This document shows, one piece after another, positions 59,053 to 64,000 of a DNA stretch of 64,000 bases. Made by a program: the position numbers and the translations under genes. The notes beneath the pieces are model-generated. The model saw nothing but the letters and a program-made list of their open reading frames with translations, was not told the origin of the DNA and ran no database searches. Source of the DNA: Bacteroidales bacterium UBA5072 (GTDB taxonomy: Bacteria > Bacteroidota > Bacteroidia > Bacteroidales > UBA10428); contig DIAS01000015.1 in NCBI GenBank assembly GCA_002415855.1, forward strand, positions 17,968 to 81,967, in the 5' to 3' direction. Within the stretch, counting starts at the first letter, position 1, and each line of letters opens with the position of its first letter.

Positions 59053-59262
59053 ATGAAGCCGTTAATCTCAGAGAAGTTAGGGAAACTTTGCAGACGTTGT
59101 TATAAGAATTCTACCGTTGATATCATTTGTCCGGCTTGCAAAAATGAACTGATTGCCCTGTTCGATAATAAACTCACCTGGCGGACGGCTTACGAAGTGG
59201 AAAAAATCAGCAAAAAGGCCATGCGTTATACACGCAACGAGGAAGAGGATGAAATGCTTTAA
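59053..59262 (+). CDS. Hypothetical 69-aa putative Zn-binding protein (CxxC-x9-CxxC)
   Basis: CRRC-YKNSTVDII-CPAC; occupies otherwise empty intergenic space on the operon strand; acidic tail. Confidence 0.6.
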   Translation: MKPLISEKLGKLCRRCYKNSTVDIICPACKNELIALFDNKLTWRTAYEVEKISKKAMRYTRNEEEDEML

Positions 59263-59348
59263 CCTTTTTTAACGCAATTGCTGCTTCGTATTCGGGTAAT
59301 GTTATCGTTTTACACTAATTTTACACCTCAAACATTTAATTTTTAAGT

Positions 59349-61058
59349 ATGAAGGCATGGAGTAAACTCCGGAAGGTCAGAATTCTTCTGATTGCGTCAA
59401 TGGTCGTCGTTTTGTCTTTCGGTTTTGTGGCCCTGAAGGATAAGGAATTTGAAATCATCAAAAGCCTGGATATCTTCCATACGTTATTCAATGAACTTAA
59501 CCGGTTTTATGTGGATGATACACAGCCGGACAAGCTGATAGAATCTGCCATTAACGGGATGCTGACGTCGCTTGATCCGTATACTACCTATATTCCGGAA
59601 GAGGATATGGAGGATTTCACTTTTATGACCACCGGTGAATATGGCGGGATCGGCGCACTGATCCGCAGAGGCGGAAATTTTGCCATCGTACTGGAACCTT
59701 ATGAGAATTTTCCGGCCCAGAAGTCTGGACTCAGGGCAGGAGACACCATCGTCACCATCGACGGGATATCCACGAAAGGCAAAGAAATCAGTGAAGTCAG
59801 CGAACTTTTAAAAGGAACGCCCAATACTTCCCTGGTCCTTAAGATCAAAAGAATCGGAGCCAAGGGTACCCTGGAGAAAACACTGACTCGGCAGAAAATT
59901 ACCATTCCCAATGTACCTTATTATGGCCTTGTTGCAGATCATATCGGCTACATTCGACTCATCGGCTTCACCAAGGATGCCGGTGTGGAAACGCGGGAGG
60001 CTCTCCTGAAGCTGAAGGAAGCAGGCGCCAGTTCAGTTATCCTGGATCTGCGCGGAAATCCCGGAGGACTGCTGATCGAGTCGGTTAATGTTTCAAACCT
60101 GTTTATTGCCAGGAACCAGGAAGTTGTCAGTACCAGGGGCAAGGTAAAGCAATGGGACAATATTTATAAAACAACTGCCGATCCGGTTGACACCTCCATC
60201 CGCCTGGTCGTACTGGTGAACCATGGATCTGCCTCCGCATCGGAGATTGTTGCCGGAGCCCTGCAGGACCTCGACCGGGCTGTGATCATTGGCCAGAGGA
60301 CTTACGGGAAGGGGCTGGTGCAAACCACGCGTCCGCTCAGCTATAATTCCCAGCTTAAGGTAACCACGGCAAAATATTACATACCCAGCGGGAGATGCAT
60401 CCAGGCAGTCGATTATTCCCACCGCAACGAGGACGGCAGCGTGGGATATATTCCTGATTCACTGATCAGAGAGTTTTCCACCCATAATGGCCGGAAAGTC
60501 TTTGATGGTGGCGGAATATCACCTGATATAGCATTGGATCCCCCGGAGCTCAGCAATATCGCCGTGAGCCTGTATACAAAAAACCTGATCTTTGATTACG
60601 CCACGCTCTATTACTCCAACCACCTGAGTTCTGCGGATATCAAAGGCCTGAAGCCTTCGGAAACCGAATACGGCAATTTCCTGAGTTTTCTCAAAGGGAA
60701 AAGCTATGACTATTCCACGGAAAGTGATGACCAGCTGAAAGCCCTTGAAAAAGTTGCCAGACAGGAAAAGTATTACGATGGCGCAAAAGGTGAATTTGAA
60801 GCACTGCAAAAAAAACTTGCTCACGATAAGGAAAAGGATCTTCAGACATTCAGCGGTGAGATCAAGGAATTGCTGTACGAGGAAATCTCAAGTCGCTATT
60901 TCTTTCAGAAGGGCAGGATCATGGCATCCCTCGATGATGATCCGCTCCTGAGCAAAGCCGTTGAGATTCTGCAAAGTCCCCAGGATTATGCCAATGTGCT
61001 GCAGAGATCATTTGGTTCCGCCAACGTTAAAGCCGGCATGACCCACCTGGCCAATTAA
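59349..61058 (+). CDS. S41A C-terminal processing peptidase (CtpA/Prc-like) with PDZ domain
   Basis: LDPYT, GEYGGIG (PDZ), LDLRGNPGG, SASASEI, TYGKGLVQ. Confidence 0.95.
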   Translation: MKAWSKLRKVRILLIASMVVVLSFGFVALKDKEFEIIKSLDIFHTLFNELNRFYVDDTQPDKLIESAINGMLTSLDPYTTYIPEEDMEDFTFMTTGEYGGIGALIRRGGNFAIVLEPYENFPAQKSGLRAGDTIVTIDGISTKGKEISEVSELLKGTPNTSLVLKIKRIGAKGTLEKTLTRQKITIPNVPYYGLVADHIGYIRLIGFTKDAGVETREALLKLKEAGASSVILDLRGNPGGLLIESVNVSNLFIARNQEVVSTRGKVKQWDNIYKTTADPVDTSIRLVVLVNHGSASASEIVAGALQDLDRAVIIGQRTYGKGLVQTTRPLSYNSQLKVTTAKYYIPSGRCIQAVDYSHRNEDGSVGYIPDSLIREFSTHNGRKVFDGGGISPDIALDPPELSNIAVSLYTKNLIFDYATLYYSNHLSSADIKGLKPSETEYGNFLSFLKGKSYDYSTESDDQLKALEKVARQEKYYDGAKGEFEALQKKLAHDKEKDLQTFSGEIKELLYEEISSRYFFQKGRIMASLDDDPLLSKAVEILQSPQDYANVLQRSFGSANVKAGMTHLAN

Positions 61059-61888
61059 AGGGTATGTCTTCGCTGCCGGATATAATCCGCGGCCAGTTCA
61101 TCATAAGCAACAGCCAGTAAACGGGTCAACTGGTGATCGGGATTGTAAATCATGCTTCCGATACGGCGTACAGGTAAAACCTTTGGGGAAGTCCCGGTAA
61201 GAAAGACAGCCTCAAATTTGTTTAATTCATCAATTGAGATAGGGTCCTCAATAAGTTTAATATTCAATTTTCTACACAGTTGAATTACCTTGTTGCGGGT
61301 AATCCCCTTCAGCACCTGGTCACCGGGAGGCGTCCGGATAAGATCATGCCGGATAAAAAACACGTTGGACCTGCTGCCTTCCGACACCAGTCCTGCTTCA
61401 TTTACCAGAAGTACTTCATAAAGATTTTCAGACCTGATATACTGTTCGGCTTTATCACGTACCCCACGCGTGAGCTTTTTCACATTGGGTTCTGGCCGGG
61501 TTGCCGTAAACAATGCCGTATCAGCACCTGCCGAATACATGGATGACGTGGGATAGAAATGAGGTATGAAAAAGGCATACACAACGGGGGGCACGCCAAC
61601 AGGAAAATGCAGCACGATCTTGATGTTCCCGGCAAGGATGTCGTTCTTCCGGATCAGATCCCCGAGCAACTCCCGGAACTGCAGTGGATTAACGCTGTAG
61701 TCAAAGCCTGATAACTTTACCGAACCCTGAAGCCGGTCGAGATGATCCTCCAGAAAAAGACAGATACCTTCCTGTATCCTCAACACTTCATAAAGGATGA
61801 CCCCTTTGCCCGGAATATCCGGATTGAATCCAGCCGTCTCCTTTAAAACTGCGTTCCTGGAATAGTAATGGCCGGTGTAATCAGACAT
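61055..61888 (-). CDS. PLP-dependent class IV aminotransferase / ADC-lyase-like protein
   Basis: YEVLR, FLEDHLDRL, EGSRSNVFF, VLKGITR, FLTGTS. Confidence 0.88.
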   Translation of the reverse strand: MSDYTGHYYSRNAVLKETAGFNPDIPGKGVILYEVLRIQEGICLFLEDHLDRLQGSVKLSGFDYSVNPLQFRELLGDLIRKNDILAGNIKIVLHFPVGVPPVVYAFFIPHFYPTSSMYSAGADTALFTATRPEPNVKKLTRGVRDKAEQYIRSENLYEVLLVNEAGLVSEGSRSNVFFIRHDLIRTPPGDQVLKGITRNKVIQLCRKLNIKLIEDPISIDELNKFEAVFLTGTSPKVLPVRRIGSMIYNPDHQLTRLLAVAYDELAADYIRQRRHTL

Positions 61889-61914
61889 GGGACTGTCCGG
61901 TATAGTTAAAGTAA

Positions 61915-62652
61915 TTATTGAGCAAGGAACACATATGTCATTGTCCCTAACTGCTTGGCAGGAGCCTTAGGATCGGGATTGAACCGTGCTGTGGAGGCGG
62001 AACGATAGGCTTCCTCACGCAGGCAATCATCGGGCGTCGATTTGTTCTCGGCAATGAGGGCAGAAATGACCTGACCCGATTGATTGATGACAATATCCAG
62101 GATGACGGTTCCCCCTCCCTGGCATTTGTAGGTGGGAATATAAACATAGCTGTGCCAGCGTCCTTCGAGGAAGTATGAAACGGTGGTATTATCCTTCCTC
62201 AGCACATTGGGAACATAAAATTCCTTTTCGTCAGCTTTGGTTGATTGAGTTTCCCGGGCAACAGCATTTTCATCCTGTGATTCAGCCTGTTGTTCCAGGG
62301 CTGCTCCTCCGGCCTTCAGGGAGGATATACCGAGTTCCTGCATTACCTGTTGCTCATACTTCTCAGTGCTGATCTGCTCGTCCAGCTTACTTGACACATT
62401 GGATGCGATGTTGTGAAGGGTTTGCCGGTCCAGTTGCGGCATGGCATCACCATAACCTTCCTCTGATAATTTTTGTTCCGGGCTTTTTTCCTCAGGCTGC
62501 TGAACCTCTTCATGAAATTCAATCAATACCTCCTCCTTTTTTAACTCCCCTATCTCCCCCAGCTTAAACCAGAGAAAAGCCGCAATTACCAGCAGGTGAA
62601 TACTGACGGCACCCAAAATGCTGTTAACATTGTCTGTAAAAAAATGTCTCAA
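61915..62652 (-). CDS. TonB-like energy transducer family protein
   Basis: N-terminal TM with SIH (TonB S-x-H-like), charged linker, C-terminal PTYKCQGGGTVILDIVINQSG...KQLGTMTYVF; TTG start. Confidence 0.8.
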   Translation of the reverse strand: MRHFFTDNVNSILGAVSIHLLVIAAFLWFKLGEIGELKKEEVLIEFHEEVQQPEEKSPEQKLSEEGYGDAMPQLDRQTLHNIASNVSSKLDEQISTEKYEQQVMQELGISSLKAGGAALEQQAESQDENAVARETQSTKADEKEFYVPNVLRKDNTTVSYFLEGRWHSYVYIPTYKCQGGGTVILDIVINQSGQVISALIAENKSTPDDCLREEAYRSASTARFNPDPKAPAKQLGTMTYVFLAQ

Positions 62653-62760
62653 TTATCCTAAAAATTACACAGCAAAAATAATAAAATGCTTATTATCTGA
62701 CTTGAATTTATGCCTCGGAAGCAGCAAATCTTTATTTTTGAGAACATAAAACATGCCAGG

Positions 62761-64000
62761 ATGAAGGCGTCATATCTTCCGGGGATAATTTTCATGCTTG
62801 CTGTTGGCACAACCAACCTGCAGGGCCAGTTTTATTCAACGGGTGAGGCACCTGCGGCAATTAACTGGAACAGGATCCGGACGCCCCATTTCACCCTCCT
62901 GTTTCCCAAAGGCTTTGACCGGGATGCCAGTTCCCTCGCAAACCGGCTGGAGTATTACAAGACCAAAACGGAAAGTGATCTCCATTATACCGTGAAAAAG
63001 TTTCCGGTGGTTTTGTACAATACTTCCGTACTTTCCAACGGATACGTTACACTGGCCCCAAAAAGAATGGAACTTGTACCGGCTTCCCCTCAGGATGGCT
63101 ATGCGCAGGAATGGTTCACTCAGCTTGCTTTACATGAATACAGGCATGTTGTTCAGCTCAGCAAGTTCAACCAGGGTTTTACGCGCGTACTTTCCTGGTT
63201 CACGGGAGAAATAGGTACAGGTGCTGTGGCATCAATGATCCCCAGGTGGTTTTACGAAGGGGATGCGGTTTACAACGAAACCAGGCTTTCAGCTGCCGGC
63301 AGGGGAAGAATTCCCGGATTTGAAATGCCCCTCAGGACAATACTGCTGGATCAGTCCCGGACATATTCCTATGACAAAGCCGTTTTCGGATCTTACCGCG
63401 ATTTTGTACCAAACCATTACCTCTACGGTTATAAAATGGTCAGCCATGCAGTTACGCAATACGGTGACGATGTATGGTCAGAGGCAATCCGATACACGGC
63501 CGGACACCCCTATTTCTTCTGGCCTCTTGCCTTTTACCTGAAAAAGAACTTCGGGGTTTATAAAAGCGAACTGTATGCACAAACGATCGACACACTTAAA
63601 ACGCATTATATCAGGCAGGAAGATACGGTCACTTTTATAAACTATGCAATCAGAAACTGCAGAAACACCAATGTTTTTGCGAGCTATACCCTGCCCAAAG
63701 ATGCCGGCCATGGGAAATGGATCGCCCTGAAGACAGGTTTGGACGAACCGGCAAGTTTTGTGAGTATTGACACCACCGGCAAAGAGAAACAGTTATTCAT
63801 TACCGGATATACCACAGGCCTGAAATGTGATATCCATGATGAACGCCTCGTATGGGATGAAATCCATAGTGATCCGCGCTGGGCACAAAGTAATTTCTCC
63901 ATCCTGAGAACCTATGACATCAGCACAGGGAAACAAAGGACCATTACAGCCAGAACACGTTATTTCAGTCCGGATTATTCCCCTGATGGCAACCGTATTG
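62761..64000 (+). CDS. Exported HExxH metallopeptidase-like protein with a following TolB-like propeller; runs off the window edge
   Basis: Not in the ORF track. Manual translation gives MKASYLPGIIFMLAVG..., IRTPHF, SNGYVTLAPKRME, ALHEYRHVVQ, PRWFYEGDAV, and YFSPDYSPDG at the edge. Confidence 0.75.
   Translation, partial: MKASYLPGIIFMLAVGTTNLQGQFYSTGEAPAAINWNRIRTPHFTLLFPKGFDRDASSLANRLEYYKTKTESDLHYTVKKFPVVLYNTSVLSNGYVTLAPKRMELVPASPQDGYAQEWFTQLALHEYRHVVQLSKFNQGFTRVLSWFTGEIGTGAVASMIPRWFYEGDAVYNETRLSAAGRGRIPGFEMPLRTILLDQSRTYSYDKAVFGSYRDFVPNHYLYGYKMVSHAVTQYGDDVWSEAIRYTAGHPYFFWPLAFYLKKNFGVYKSELYAQTIDTLKTHYIRQEDTVTFINYAIRNCRNTNVFASYTLPKDAGHGKWIALKTGLDEPASFVSIDTTGKEKQLFITGYTTGLKCDIHDERLVWDEIHSDPRWAQSNFSILRTYDISTGKQRTITARTRYFSPDYSPDGNRI

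Noticed and set aside
1-64000. Prophage, IS, integron, defence island, stop-codon reassignment or selenoprotein
   Set aside because: I recognised no integrase, transposase, phage or defence genes, and all core genes read through intact under the standard code.

Overview
A 64-kb core-chromosome segment from a Bacteroidota (most likely Bacteroidales) bacterium. The assignment rests on TAnnTTTG -7 promoter elements, A-rich starts without Shine-Dalgarno sites, a porZ-like gene and the ftsX-DUF3098-truB-queA synteny. It holds about 50 protein genes and two tRNAs (Asn-GTT, Gln-TTG). I saw no integrase, transposase, prophage gene or CRISPR array. The main block is a nitrogen/amino-acid cluster: carB divergent from argR-argG-argH-proB'-proB-proA-citrate synthase, then gltB-gltD. 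Tandem ARG boxes sit in the divergent promoter. The strongest leads are: (1) an intact but catalytically degenerate ProB paralog placed directly before a normal proB; (2) ArgR-linked proBA with no argB/C/D/E in the cluster, suggesting a possible non-acetylated ornithine route; (3) a candidate leader-peptide attenuator upstream of gltB, with mutually exclusive terminator and antiterminator stems. Other points are an inverted heptamer-repeat array, a 9-mer repeat hairpin after tRNA-Asn, a frameshifted corA remnant, an orphan CxxC-x9-CxxC microprotein, a PspC-PadR-PspC operon and a dispersed alpha-2-macroglobulin/PbpC/YfaP set. All family calls come from motif recognition by eye; no database search was run.
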